Assembly: GCA_963845515.1 (NCBI GenBank)
Contig: CAWJSR010000045.1
Location: 64,001 to 128,000 of the forward strand
Length of the DNA stretch: 64,000 nucleotides
Direction: 5' to 3'
DNA from: an uncultured delta proteobacterium
GTDB lineage: Bacteria; Myxococcota; Myxococcia; Myxococcales; Anaeromyxobacteraceae
Part shown: in pieces, positions 1 to 10,303 of the stretch
How the letters are laid out: the number at the start of each line of letters is the position of its first letter
Numbering within the stretch: position 1 is the stretch's first letter
Translations under genes and position numbers: made by a program
Notes under the pieces: generated by a model
The model's database searches: none
What the model was told of the DNA's origin: nothing
What the model saw: only the letters and a program-made list of their open reading frames with translations

Positions 1-1665
1 GTCGCGTTCGCGCCGCTCGTGGTGCTGGCGCTCATGCTCGGCGGGGACGTCCTCTACTTCGGCCACGTGCAGCGCCACATGGCCGGCGAGCTGCTGACCA
101 TGGAGAACGACTGGGGGTTCCTGGTCGGCATGGCGCTCGGGCCGGGGCTGGCGGCGCTGCTCGGCGAGACAGTGGGGCTCGTCGCCCTCGCCCTCCTGTG
201 GCGCCGGATCCTCGCGGCGCCGATCGAGGCGCTCCTGCGGCCCGGCCGCTTCGCGCTGCTCGTGGTGCTGCTCGCCGCAGGCATCCGCGGCTCCCTCGGG
301 CACAAGCCGATCAACGCGATCGACGCGTTCGGCAGCGGGAGCCAGGCGGAGGCGCAGCTCTCGCTGAACGGCGCGTTCACCGGCATCCGAACGATGATGC
401 ACGGGCGCGCCGTGAAGACGCGCTTCTTCCCGGACGACGAGGTGCGGCGGATCCTCCGGATCCCGGACGTGGAGTACCCGGTGGAGCGGAGCGTCCCGGC
501 GCGGGAGTGGCGGCGCAACGTGGTCTTCGTGCTCCTGGAGAGCTGGAGCGAGCGCTACGTGGACGCCTTCGCCCACCGCGGCTACGGCGCGACGCCGCGC
601 CTGGACGGCCTCGCGGCGGAGGGCGCGAAGTTCACCCGCTTCTACGCCGCTGGCCAGCGAAGCTACGAAGGGCTGCAGGCGACGCTGACCGGGCTGCCGG
701 CCCTGCCCGGGGTTCCGACGATGACCTCCGGGTTGGCGACCCGCGTCTCCGGCCTCGGCGCGATGGCGCGCGACTCGGGCTACCGCACGATCTTCATGCA
801 GGCCAGCAAGCGGCGCTCGCTGCGCATGGACGCGATCGCCAGCTCGACCGGCTTCTCCGAGTACTACGGAATGGAGGACATGCCGGTCCTGCTGGACTAC
901 CCGGACCCCGGCGGCGCGTCGTTCGGGTGGGACTACGAGATGTACCGGCTGCTGCTCCAGAAGCTCCACGGTGAGTCGCGCCCGTTCATCGCCTACCTGT
1001 TCACGGGCACGACCCACACCCCGTACGCGCGCGTCCCCGCGCGCTTCACGACCCGTCCCCACGGCGACGACACCGAGGACGGCTTCCTCAACTCGCTGGC
1101 CTACGCCGACTGGTCCCTGGGCGAGCTGGTGGACGCCGCGCGCGCGGAGCCGTGGTTCGAGAACACGGTCTTCGTCCTCGTCGCCGATCACACCAGGGGC
1201 GAGACGCGCGAGGTCGACTCGTTCGACCAGATCTTCCATGTGCCCCTGGTCGTCTACGCGCCGGGGCTCGTCGAGCCGCGAGTGGACGACACCGTCGGAT
1301 CGCACCTCGACGTCCTGCCCACCCTCGTCGACCTGATGGGCATCGGCGCGACCTACTCCGCGATCGGCTCGAACCTCCTCGCGAAGGACCGGCCCCAGGC
1401 GTCGGCCCAGGTCATGAGCGGCCCGCTGCTCGGGATGATCGGCGCGCACGGCTTCGTGTCGCACACGCTCCGCGGCCGCCTGGAGGGGCACGCCGATCCG
1501 GGCGCGCCTCCAGGCTACCTGGACGAGCTGGAGCGCCGCCTGCTCGCGACCTGCCAGCTCGTCTACTCGCTGCACGACAAGAACCGCTGGGCGTCGCCGC
1601 CACCCGGAGGAGGAGCCCCGCGCGTGGGGGTCGATTCGGCCCCCGCCGGGAGACCCCCGGGCTGA
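1..1665 (+). CDS. LTA-synthase-family / sulfatase-fold membrane protein, 5' truncated by the window edge
   Basis: N-terminal TM segments, then an alkaline-phosphatase/sulfatase fold: NVVFVLLESWS, RSYEG, TTHTPY, VLVADH, SHLDVLPTL. The frame is open from the window start. Confidence 0.8.
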   Translation, partial: VAFAPLVVLALMLGGDVLYFGHVQRHMAGELLTMENDWGFLVGMALGPGLAALLGETVGLVALALLWRRILAAPIEALLRPGRFALLVVLLAAGIRGSLGHKPINAIDAFGSGSQAEAQLSLNGAFTGIRTMMHGRAVKTRFFPDDEVRRILRIPDVEYPVERSVPAREWRRNVVFVLLESWSERYVDAFAHRGYGATPRLDGLAAEGAKFTRFYAAGQRSYEGLQATLTGLPALPGVPTMTSGLATRVSGLGAMARDSGYRTIFMQASKRRSLRMDAIASSTGFSEYYGMEDMPVLLDYPDPGGASFGWDYEMYRLLLQKLHGESRPFIAYLFTGTTHTPYARVPARFTTRPHGDDTEDGFLNSLAYADWSLGELVDAARAEPWFENTVFVLVADHTRGETREVDSFDQIFHVPLVVYAPGLVEPRVDDTVGSHLDVLPTLVDLMGIGATYSAIGSNLLAKDRPQASAQVMSGPLLGMIGAHGFVSHTLRGRLEGHADPGAPPGYLDELERRLLATCQLVYSLHDKNRWASPPPGGGAPRVGVDSAPAGRPPG

Positions 1666-1666
1666 C

Positions 1667-3091
1667 TCAGAGGTAGGGGGAGAAGAGCCGGGCGATGCCG
1701 TCGCGGAGCCGGATCGGGAGCGCCCGGCCGTCGACCTCGGCCAGCGTGACGGGGCGCGCGCTGGCGATCCGCGCCCCGATCAGCGAGTCGATCTGTCCCG
1801 CGAGCGCCTGGTCGTAGCACTCGACGTCGAGCTCGAAGTTCAGCCGAAGGCTGCGGGGATCCCAGTTGGACGAGCCGAGGAGCGACCAGCACCCGTCGAT
1901 CACCATCATCTTCGAGTGGTCGAACGGCGGCGGCGAGAGCCAGACCCTGCAGCCCTGCTGCAGGACCTGCCAGAGCTGCGCGGTCTGCGCCCAGCCGACG
2001 ACCGGGAGGTTCGACCGCTCCGGCAGGACTATGTCCACCTCGACGCCGCGGAGCGCGGCCGCGTCGAGGGCCAGCACCAGCGCCGGGTCGGGGAGGAAGT
2101 AGGGGGTCACGATCCGGATCGAGGATCGCGCCGCGCTCAGCGCGCCGAAGAGGAGCCACCTGATCGTCTCGAAGTCCTCGTCCGGGCCGTCGGGGATGGC
2201 CCGGCCCATGACGGTCCCTGGGCTCTGGAGCCCGGGGAAATACTCGACGCCGTCGAGGAGCTCGCCGGTGGCGAAGCGCCAGTCCTCGGAGAAGGCGCTC
2301 TGGATCTGCGCCACGAGCGGCCCCACCACCTTCAGGTGGAGATCCTGGTACGCCGCCGGCCTGGAGGCGCTCGTCGCGAACTCGTCGCGGATGTTGAAGC
2401 CGCCGGTGAAGCCCACCTTGCCGTCGGCGACCAGCACCTTGCGGTGGTTGCGGAGGTTCAGCGTGGGGAGGAGCCACGCGCTGATGCGCGGGAGGAAGAG
2501 GGCGACCGGGACGTCGGCCTTCCGCAGGGCCGAGTGGGCGGGCGGCCACGCGTAGCGCGCGCCCACCGCGTCGACCAGGACGCGGACCTGCACCCCGCGC
2601 CAGCGGGCGCGCGTCAGGGCGCCGATGAACGCGTCGCCCACCGTCCCCCGGTCGAAGATGTACGTGGAGAGCGTGACGGTCCGCTCGGCGGCGTCGATCG
2701 CCGAGAGCATCGCAGGGTAGGCCTCGTCGCCACCGGGCAGGAGCGTGATCCGGGAGCCGGTCACCAGCGGGTTGCGGACGATCTTGTCCCCGAACTGCGC
2801 GAGCCGGTCCAGGTGGTGCGCGGCCGGCGGGAGCCGGAGCGGCTGGAGCGGCGGCTCCGCCGGGCGGGCCCGCAGCCCTCCGGGACCCAGCGCCAGCGCG
2901 CGCCGCCGGATCCGGTTCACGCCCAGGAGGAAGTACGCGGTGGCGCCGAAGGCCGGGGTCAGGAGGATCACCGCGACCCAGCCGATGGCGGCCCGCACGT
3001 CCCGTTTGTGCAGGATGGCGTGGCCCGCGGCGGCGAGCGAGGCCGCCAGGATGACGGCGCCTGCGATGACGCTCAACTGGTCGAGGGGCAC
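1667..3091 (-). CDS. cls: Cardiolipin synthase (phospholipase D family)
   Basis: Two HKD motifs ([22 protein letters not shown]), N-terminal TM hairpin, SLRLNFE motif. Start placed at GTG 3091. Confidence 0.9.
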   Translation of the reverse strand: MPLDQLSVIAGAVILAASLAAAGHAILHKRDVRAAIGWVAVILLTPAFGATAYFLLGVNRIRRRALALGPGGLRARPAEPPLQPLRLPPAAHHLDRLAQFGDKIVRNPLVTGSRITLLPGGDEAYPAMLSAIDAAERTVTLSTYIFDRGTVGDAFIGALTRARWRGVQVRVLVDAVGARYAWPPAHSALRKADVPVALFLPRISAWLLPTLNLRNHRKVLVADGKVGFTGGFNIRDEFATSASRPAAYQDLHLKVVGPLVAQIQSAFSEDWRFATGELLDGVEYFPGLQSPGTVMGRAIPDGPDEDFETIRWLLFGALSAARSSIRIVTPYFLPDPALVLALDAAALRGVEVDIVLPERSNLPVVGWAQTAQLWQVLQQGCRVWLSPPPFDHSKMMVIDGCWSLLGSSNWDPRSLRLNFELDVECYDQALAGQIDSLIGARIASARPVTLAEVDGRALPIRLRDGIARLFSPYL

Positions 3092-3155
3092 GCGCCTTGG
3101 AGTGAAGCACCGTCTCACCCCTTTAGTCGAGGGCGGCGCGGTATGCTCCCCATCC

Positions 3156-4571
3156 ATGGCGCGGATCCTGGTCGCCGACGACAACGACGCGATGCGTGAC
3201 GGGATGGTCCTCTCCCTCACGCGGCTCGGCCACGACGTCCAGGGGGTCAAGGGCGGGGCGGAGGCCATCGCCGCCTACCGGAAGCGCCCGTCCGACGTCG
3301 TGGTGACCGACCTGCGGATGGTCCCGGTCGACGGGATCGAGGTCGTGCGGCGGCTCCGCGAGCTGGACGCCGAGGCGACGGTGCTCGTCGTCTCGGCGCA
3401 CGGGACCATCGGCGCGGCCGTCGACGCGATGCGCGAGGGGGCGATGGACTTCATCGAGAAGCCCTTCCCGCCAGAGGTGCTCCGCGCGCGCGTCGAGAAG
3501 GCGATCGAGATCGCCCGTGAGCGGCGCGTCGCCCGGACCGTCCGTGGGCGGGCCGAGGCGCTGGACGCCGACCGCGCGCGGGAGAGCGATCCCGCGGGGC
3601 TCGTCGGCGGCTCCGAGCCGATGCGCCGGGTCATGGATCAGCTGCGGAAGATCGCGGCGTCGGACACGACGGTGCTGGTGCTGGGCGAGTCGGGCACCGG
3701 CAAGGAGCTGGTCGCGCGGGCGCTCCACGCGCAGGGGCCGCGGCACGACGGGCCGTTCGTCTCGGTCTCCTGCGCCGCCATCCCCGAGGGGCTGCTGGAG
3801 AGCGAGCTCTTCGGCCACGAGAAGGGCTCCTTCACGGGCGCCATCCGCCGCAAGCTCGGGCGCTTCGAGCTGGCCCACGGCGGCACGCTCTTCCTCGACG
3901 AGGTCGGCGAGATCCCGCCGGCGATCCAGGTGAAGCTCCTGCGCGTGCTGCAGGAGCGCCGGTTCGAGCGCGTGGGCGGCGAGGAGACCATCGACGTCGA
4001 CGTCCGCGTCGTCTCGGCGACCAACCGCGACCTCAAGGCCATGGTCGAGACCGGCGGGTTCCGCGAGGATCTCTACTACCGGCTGGCCGTCCTGCCGGTG
4101 ACCCTCCCGCCCCTGCGCGACCGCACCGGTGACGTCGAGGAGCTCGCGCACTTCTTCATAAGGAAGCTCTCGCCGCGCGTCGGGCGGCGCGTGACCGGCT
4201 TCACCCCGGAGGCGCTCGCGCTCCTGAACGCGCACCGCTGGCCCGGGAACGTCCGCGAGCTGGAGAACGTCGTCGAGCAGGCGCTCGTCTTCGCCGAGGC
4301 GGCGCTGATCGGGCCCGAGGACCTCCCGGACGGGCTGCGGGCCGGCCCGCGCGCGGCGGCGGTCGAGCTGCCCACCGGCGACCGGACCCTGACGGACGTG
4401 CTCGAGGACCTGGAGCGCCAGCTGATCCTCGCCGCGTGGGACAAGGCGAAGGGAGTGAAGGCGGAGACCGCCCGGCTCCTGGGGATCAAGCCGAGCGCGC
4501 TGTACTACAAGCTGGAGAAGTACGGGATCGCCAGGGGGGACGAGGGGGGCGGGGACGTGGAGGGGCAGTAA
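3156..4571 (+). CDS. Sigma-54-dependent response regulator (REC-AAA+-Fis HTH, NtrC family)
   Basis: MARILVADD...TDLRM receiver, GESGTGKE Walker [16 protein letters not shown]-terminal HTH ([16 protein letters not shown]). Confidence 0.93.
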   Translation: MARILVADDNDAMRDGMVLSLTRLGHDVQGVKGGAEAIAAYRKRPSDVVVTDLRMVPVDGIEVVRRLRELDAEATVLVVSAHGTIGAAVDAMREGAMDFIEKPFPPEVLRARVEKAIEIARERRVARTVRGRAEALDADRARESDPAGLVGGSEPMRRVMDQLRKIAASDTTVLVLGESGTGKELVARALHAQGPRHDGPFVSVSCAAIPEGLLESELFGHEKGSFTGAIRRKLGRFELAHGGTLFLDEVGEIPPAIQVKLLRVLQERRFERVGGEETIDVDVRVVSATNRDLKAMVETGGFREDLYYRLAVLPVTLPPLRDRTGDVEELAHFFIRKLSPRVGRRVTGFTPEALALLNAHRWPGNVRELENVVEQALVFAEAALIGPEDLPDGLRAGPRAAAVELPTGDRTLTDVLEDLERQLILAAWDKAKGVKAETARLLGIKPSALYYKLEKYGIARGDEGGGDVEGQ

Positions 4572-4605
4572 AGCGGTCTCGCCGCGGTAAGATGGCGGCA
4601 GTTCG

Positions 4606-5238
4606 ATGATCTTCGCCGCCCTCGCTCTCCTGCTCGCCGCCGCTCCCGTCGCGGACCCAACGCGCGCCGAGCTCGACCGGGTCGCGTCCCGGATCGAGCT
4701 GTTGAAGGGGCGGCAGCTCGCGGGGGAGGACGTGGCGCTCGAGCTGGAGCGGCTCCTCGTCCGCGCGCAGGAGCTCGCGCAGCGGATCGAGCAGGAGCGG
4801 TCCCGCCGCGGCGCCGCGCTGCCGCCGCCGGTGTCGCCCGGCCTGCCTCCCGAGGAGCTGAAGGAGCGGGCGGACGCCCTGCGCGACGAGTCGGACAGGA
4901 TAGCGATGCAGCTCCGCGAGCTGGACGGGCGCATCGACGCCGTGCGGCGTGAGCGGCGGGTCGAGGCGGGGCTCGAGTCGCTGGCGCAGGAGCGCTCCCT
5001 CTTCGGCGAACCCGGGCCCCGCCGCGCCTCCTCCGACGGCGAGCGCGGGGCGCAGCCGGAAGTCCTCATCGGCCCGGGCGCGGGCGGAAGCACCGACGAG
5101 ACGAGCCAGGGCACGGCGCTGCAACGGATCGACCGGCTTCGCGCCGAGCGGGCACGGCTCGCTGCCCGGCAGGCGGTGGTGGACGCCGAGGCCGCAAGGC
5201 TCGACGCCGAGGCCCGGCGAACCGCTGGAGTACGGTAG
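4606..5238 (+). CDS. Hypothetical exported coiled-coil protein
   Basis: Signal peptide MIFAALALLLAAAP, Glu/Arg/Leu heptad-rich helices, GC3-biased codons. Confidence 0.7.
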   Translation: MIFAALALLLAAAPVADPTRAELDRVASRIELLKGRQLAGEDVALELERLLVRAQELAQRIEQERSRRGAALPPPVSPGLPPEELKERADALRDESDRIAMQLRELDGRIDAVRRERRVEAGLESLAQERSLFGEPGPRRASSDGERGAQPEVLIGPGAGGSTDETSQGTALQRIDRLRAERARLAARQAVVDAEAARLDAEARRTAGVR

Positions 5239-5269
5239 AACGCACACACACCGAGAGAAGAAGACCACC

Positions 5270-6295
5270 GTGCGCAACCTCACCCTACGAACCCTGGCGA
5301 CGCTCCTCTCCTTCGCCCCCGGCGCCGCCCTCGCGGTCGAGCCGGCGCTTCACGCCGAGGCGACGCTCGGCTTCGACACCAACCCGCTCCGGGAGGCCGA
5401 GGTGAAGCCGGGGTTCTACCCGTTCCTCGGCGCGATCGTCGACGCCGGCCTGGCGCACGGCGGCGAGCAGACGCGCCTGCGCGCCGCGTTCACGGAGGGG
5501 GCGCGGCTCCACCCCACCGCGCCCGACGCCGACCTCCTGGCGACTCGCGTCGACCTCTCCGGTGCGTGGGCGTCCGGGGACCAGGGCGAGGTGGGGGCGA
5601 CGCTCGCGTTCCGCGACATCTCCCAGCGGGGCGGCGTGCGGAGCGAGACCGGTGGGAGCCTCCGGATCGACACGCGGGTCCGGCTGGCCCGCTTCGACGT
5701 GGAGTCCGGCGCCGGGCTCTCGGCGCTCTACCCGCGCACGAGCCGGCTCGAGGACTTCGCCTCGATCGGACCCGACGCCGGGATCGAGCTCGGGTTCACG
5801 CCGGCCCCACGGCAGCGGGTGCGCGCCGGATGGGAGCTGCGCATCCGCAATCACCCCAAGTGGAGCGAAGAGCGCTGGGACTGGGCCAACGCGCTGGTCG
5901 TGGACTGGAGCCGGCGCGGCTCCCCGATCGTGGGCGGAGGCGTCGAGCTTACGTGGAACCAGTCGACCGTGCCCGGCAACGCCTACTTCCGCAACCGGCT
6001 CTGGGCCCGCGCCGCCGGTGAGCTGCCGTGGGACGTGACGCTCGCCGTGCTCGGCTCGCTCCAGTGGTCGAACTACCCGGGGGGGGTCGCGAAGGACGGC
6101 GAGCGGCTGCTCGCCGAGAACGACGAGAGCGAGAACGCGCTGGAGCTGCGCCTCTCGCGCCCGCTGTGGCGCGACTTCGAGGCGGTGCTGAAGCTGGCGG
6201 CCTACGGCGGCGAGTTCTCGCGCGGCGACGGGGGCATTCGCCAGGGGTACAAGCGCCAGGTGGTCCAGCTCTCGATCGGCTGGAGGCCGGAGTAG
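5270..6295 (+). CDS. Hypothetical exported protein, probable outer-membrane beta-barrel
   Basis: GTG start with signal peptide, GFDTNP near the N-terminus, alternating amphipathic strands, C-terminal VQLSIGW strand. Confidence 0.65.
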   Translation: MRNLTLRTLATLLSFAPGAALAVEPALHAEATLGFDTNPLREAEVKPGFYPFLGAIVDAGLAHGGEQTRLRAAFTEGARLHPTAPDADLLATRVDLSGAWASGDQGEVGATLAFRDISQRGGVRSETGGSLRIDTRVRLARFDVESGAGLSALYPRTSRLEDFASIGPDAGIELGFTPAPRQRVRAGWELRIRNHPKWSEERWDWANALVVDWSRRGSPIVGGGVELTWNQSTVPGNAYFRNRLWARAAGELPWDVTLAVLGSLQWSNYPGGVAKDGERLLAENDESENALELRLSRPLWRDFEAVLKLAAYGGEFSRGDGGIRQGYKRQVVQLSIGWRPE

Positions 6296-6321
6296 AGGCC
6301 GACGCAGGATCGCGGCTGCGC

Positions 6322-6828
6322 TCAGGTCGCCTTCGGGGCCGTGCGGCGCGCCTCCTGCGCCTCCAGCCACGCGTCGAACGCGGCGGACGGCACCGGCATC
6401 GCCAGCCACGTCGCGATGACCTGGCCGTTCGCGAGCGGCGTCGCGTGCTCGACGCCGGGGACGAGCTGCACCTTCCCGCGCGTGGCGAAGGCCCTGTCTG
6501 GCAGCCAGAGTGAGTAGTCGAGGGCGATGTCCCCGGAGGGCTCGCGCGTCGCCTCGACGCGGAAGGCCACGCGGACGTCGTCGGGCCGGAGCGGGTCGTG
6601 GAGGACCAGCTCGGCGCGCCGCCCCTGCGGAGCGATGAGGCGCGGCCGCGCGATGAGGGCGCCGTCGCCGTCGTAGAGCTCCAGGGCCACCAGCTGTCCG
6701 GCGGAGCCGACCTCACGGTCCGCCTTGGCGCGCTCGACCGCGGCGTGAGTGCGGACCGCGACCTCGGCGGACCCACCGCCGAACAGGAAGGCACCTACGA
6801 GGAGAGCGATGAGCCGGAGTGGTTTCAT
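6322..6828 (-). CDS. Hypothetical exported protein
   Basis: ATG 6828 with hydrophobic N-terminus [18 protein letters not shown]. Preceded by a sigma-54 motif. Confidence 0.7.
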   Translation of the reverse strand: MKPLRLIALLVGAFLFGGGSAEVAVRTHAAVERAKADREVGSAGQLVALELYDGDGALIARPRLIAPQGRRAELVLHDPLRPDDVRVAFRVEATREPSGDIALDYSLWLPDRAFATRGKVQLVPGVEHATPLANGQVIATWLAMPVPSAAFDAWLEAQEARRTAPKAT

Positions 6829-6846
6829 GGAGGTTCCGGAAAGTCG

Positions 6847-6862
6847 TGCAATGTCCGTGCCT
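6847..6862 (-). promoter_or_regulatory. Sigma-54 (-24/-12) promoter
   Basis: Minus strand reads AGGCACGGACATTGCA, which is GG-N10-GC with near-consensus GGCACG-N4-TTGCA, just upstream of the 6828 start. Confidence 0.75.
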
Positions 6863-7012
6863 TGTATCACGTCTTGGGATTCCGGGGGCTTCGGCCGGCA
6901 GGAAACGCGTCCCCGACGTCAGTCCTTCACACGACCGTGGCAGATCTGTCGACTCCTATCCCCGCCGTGGCGCCCTCGCCACCCGCAATACCGGCGCGCT
7001 ATAGGTCCATGG

Positions 7013-8450
7013 ATGAGCGCTGCCCTCGAACGCCGGCTCGCGAAGCTCCAGTCCATTCTAGAGGTCGCGAAGGCGATGACGGTCGAGCGGAACCTCGACC
7101 GGCTGCTCGCCCTGATAAACGACGAGGCGGCGAAGGTGGCCGAGGCGGACCGCTGCAGCATCTTCCTCGTGGATCCCGAGCGCGCGCAGCTCTGGAGCAA
7201 GGTGGCGCACGGCACGCAGGAGATCAGGATCGAGCTGGGCACGGGGATCGCCGGGGCCGTGGCCGCCCGCGGCGAGGTGGTCCGCATCGCCGACGCGTAC
7301 GCTGACCCCCGCTTCAACAAGGCGGTCGACGCGGGGACGGGCTACCGGACGCGGTCGATCCTCTGCGTCCCCATGTGGAACACGAAGCGCGAGGTGGTCG
7401 GCGTCCTCCAGGCGCTCAACCGGCGCGACGGAGCCTTCACCGAAGAGGACGCGGAGCTGCTCGTCGCGCTCGGCGGCCAGGCGGCCAGCGCCGTGGAGAA
7501 CGCGCTGCTCAACGAGGAGATCGAGCGGCTCTTCGAGGGGTTCGTGAAGGCCTCGGTGCTCGCCATCGAGCAGCGGGACCCGACCACCGCCGGCCACTCC
7601 GGCCGCGTCGCGACGCTGACGGTCGGGCTCGCCCATGCGGTGGAGAAGGCTCCACCACCCGAGTGGCGCGACGCCCGGTTCGACGCTGCCGCGATCCAGC
7701 AGCTCCGGTACGCCGCGCTCCTGCACGACTTCGGCAAGGTGGGCGTGCGAGAGCACGTCCTCGTCAAGGCCGACAAGCTCTACCCGCAGGAGCTGGAGAT
7801 CCTGCGCGCGCGCTTCGACGTCATCCGCGTCCAGCTCGAGCGCGAGGGGTTGCAGCACCGGCTCGAGGGGCGTGAGCCTGCCGGCGTGGCCGACCGGATC
7901 GCCGAGCTCGACCGGTTCTGGGAGATCCTCGTCGCCGCGAACCGCCCCACCGTCCTCCCCGCAGAGGCCTCGGCGGCGCTCGGGGAGATCTCGAAGCGCT
8001 CCTTCGTCGACCCTCGCGGCGAGCGGCGCCCGTACCTGACCGAAGGCGAGCTCGGGATCCTCTCCATCCCGAAGGGCTCGCTCTCCGACGCCGAGCGGCT
8101 GGAGATCGAGAGCCACGTCACCCACACCTTCAACTTCCTGCGAGCAGATCCCCTGGACCCGCGCCCTGAGGCGCGTGCCGGAGATCGCGTACGGCCACCA
8201 CGAGAAGCTCGACGGGAGGGGCTATCCCCGCCGCGTCCCCGGCTCCGGGATCGCGGTCGAGACGCGGATGATGACCATCAGCGACATCTACGACGCCCTC
8301 ACGGCGAGCGACCGTCCCTACAAGAAGGCGATGCCGGTGGAGCGGGCGCTCGACATCCTGAGGGACGAGGCGAAGCGAGGGCAGGTGGACGCCTCCCTCC
8401 TCGACGTGTTCGTCGGCGCCGGCGTCTGGAGGGAGACGGTCAGGTCGTGA
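7013..8450 (+). CDS. GAF + HD-GYP cyclic-dinucleotide phosphodiesterase, interrupted by a +1 frameshift near 8141-8144
   Basis: GAF domain (RCSIFLVD...DAYADPRFN...TRSILCVP) and LLHDFGKVG. After shifting one base the frame reads [28 protein letters not shown]...[14 protein letters not shown]. Confidence 0.88.
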
Positions 8451-9116
8451 AGGCTGCCGCCCCGGGGCAGCGACTCCCGCGGGCGTTCTACGCGCGCGAC
8501 GCGAGGACCGTCGCGCGGGCGCTGCTCGGCAAGGTGCTGGTCCGGATCGACGGCGGCGTCCGCCGGGCGGCCCGGATCGTCGAGACCGAGGCCTACCACG
8601 GCGTCCGCGACGGGGCGTCCCACGCCCGCTTCGGCCCGACGAAGCGGGCGCGCGTCATGTTCGGGCCACCCGGCGTCGCCTACGTCTACCTGATCTACGG
8701 GACGTCCCACTGCATGAACGTCGTGACCGGGCGCGAGGGGGAGCCCTCCGCGGTGCTGATCCGGGCGGCCGAGCCGATCGAGGGCTGCCTCCACTCGACG
8801 CGTGGTCCGGGCAACCTGTGCCGGGCGCTCGGGATCCGGCGGGAGGCGGACGACGAGCGCGATCTCTGCGGCGCGCGGCTCTTCGTCGAGGACGGGCCGC
8901 GTCCGCGCGAGCGCGTCGTCCGGACACCGCGGGTGAACGTCCACTACGCCGGGCCGTGGGCCGAGAAGCCCTGGCGGTTCGTGCTCGAGGGGAGCGAGTG
9001 GGCGACGCGGCCGCCGAAGGGGGCGTTCGCTCGTGGTCAAAGGCTCGGGGCGCGCCCGCGAGCGGAGGCTCCAGACGGCCACGATCCGGATCAGGTCCGG
9101 CGCCGCGACCCGGTAG
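8447..9116 (+). CDS. DNA-3-methyladenine glycosylase (MPG/AAG family); 3' end uncertain
   Basis: [43 protein letters not shown] motifs. GTG overlaps the upstream TGA. As given it runs to 9424, but removing one base near 9068 gives TAG at 9114-9116. Confidence 0.85.
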
Positions 9117-9334
9117 TAGACGTGATACCGAGTCTCGGGCATCAGGAGGCGGCGGTGCTGGCGCTCGGCCATTGCCTGGTACGCGCTGCCGATTCGTGGA
9201 AAGGCCCTGATCCGGTCGAGTGCCTGGCGCAACTCCACCTCGAACAGGTCAGGAGAGTCAGGGCGGTTCTCGTGCCACCAGCGCGCACATCGCTCCGCTT
9301 CGCGGAGTGCGCGTGGGGCGACTTCGATCCTCAA
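9037..9334 (-). CDS. Type II toxin, RelE/ParE family (apparent +1 frameshift near 9068)
   Basis: [20 protein letters not shown]...RIRAFPRIG...[16 protein letters not shown]...IRIVAVW. One-base correction gives the end [13 protein letters not shown] start overlaps the antitoxin stop. Confidence 0.8.
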
Positions 9335-9561
9335 CGGATCGCCCGCAGCCGCGACCAGAGCCGTCCTCGCCGACGCCCTTCCCGGCGTCGAGCTCGACTC
9401 TCGGCTTCGGTGAGCGCGGCGTGAAGCCTGGCGCGCTCGGCGTCGTCGAGGTCGTCGTCGTCGACGAGCGCCACCCGGACCTCGGCCCCATCGGGCAGAT
9501 CGGTCGGTTCGTCGAGCAGGAGACGGCCGCCCTTCACGTGTGCCTTGAGGGCTCGGTTCAT
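9331..9561 (-). CDS. Putative antitoxin of the RelE/ParE pair
   Basis: Small [31 protein letters not shown]...[17 protein letters not shown], directly upstream of and overlapping (TTGA) the toxin. Confidence 0.7.
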   Translation of the reverse strand: MNRALKAHVKGGRLLLDEPTDLPDGAEVRVALVDDDDLDDAERARLHAALTEAESRARRREGRRRGRLWSRLRAIR

Positions 9562-9662
9562 GACGTTCATCATACCGATTCCCATCCGGCGCCGCAGCCT
9601 CGGCCCCCGCCGAGCGTCACGCGAAGCCACCACTCCGGGTGGACCTCCGTTAGGATGGGCCG

Positions 9663-10229
9663 GTGACCGTCAGGACCTCTCTCGGCCGCGTCGCCACGAC
9701 CCTGTTCGCCATCGCCGTGGCCCTCCCGGTGCTGGCTGAAGGCCGCTCCGGGCATTCATCACGGAAGGCAAGCCCGGACCGAACATGGAAGGAGCACGAA
9801 GCGGGATGGATGAGCGTCAAGCTTCCCCCCGGCTGGACCTTCGAAGCGAAGGTGGATGGGGGCGCTTGCCCGCTCGCCCACGTGCTGCTGGAGGACGGCG
9901 CCGGCGCGTGGGTCTTCTTCGGGCTCGACATGGAGTGCGGCGGGGAGTGGAACGACGGCCAATGGAAGATCCGGTTGGGGGATGACGGGCGCGTCGTCGT
10001 CACCGACGCACCGGCACCCCGGGAATGCAGGACCGAGATTGACATGCCTCCGGAGTGTGGACACGTCGACTACCTCATCGCCGCGGGGTCGCGGTTCGCT
10101 GGGACACGCTACCTCACGGTCGAAGTTGGCCACCGGAAGCGGCGGAATCCGAAGGACCTTCGGGTCCTCAGGGCCATCGTGGAGTCCGCGCTGGTGCGCC
10201 CACAGCGCCTGCCTGCCCCGTCCCACTAG
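9663..10229 (+). CDS. Hypothetical secreted protein (4 Cys)
   Basis: Signal peptide, no recognisable family, TAGGAT -10 six nt before the GTG. Confidence 0.6.
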   Translation: MTVRTSLGRVATTLFAIAVALPVLAEGRSGHSSRKASPDRTWKEHEAGWMSVKLPPGWTFEAKVDGGACPLAHVLLEDGAGAWVFFGLDMECGGEWNDGQWKIRLGDDGRVVVTDAPAPRECRTEIDMPPECGHVDYLIAAGSRFAGTRYLTVEVGHRKRRNPKDLRVLRAIVESALVRPQRLPAPSH

Positions 10230-10303
10230 TAACGAGCGTGCCACCCGCCGCTCGCCCGGGGGCGGCTTGCCGGATCGCGCGGCGCGCCCTAGTCTCCGCG
10301 CGC

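Noticed and set aside
6749..9424. 891-aa ORF appearing to fuse a GAF-HD domain with a DNA glycosylase
   Set aside because: Artefact of the +1 frameshift near 8142. The GYP half is intact in another frame, and the glycosylase has its own GTG overlapping the HD-GYP stop.
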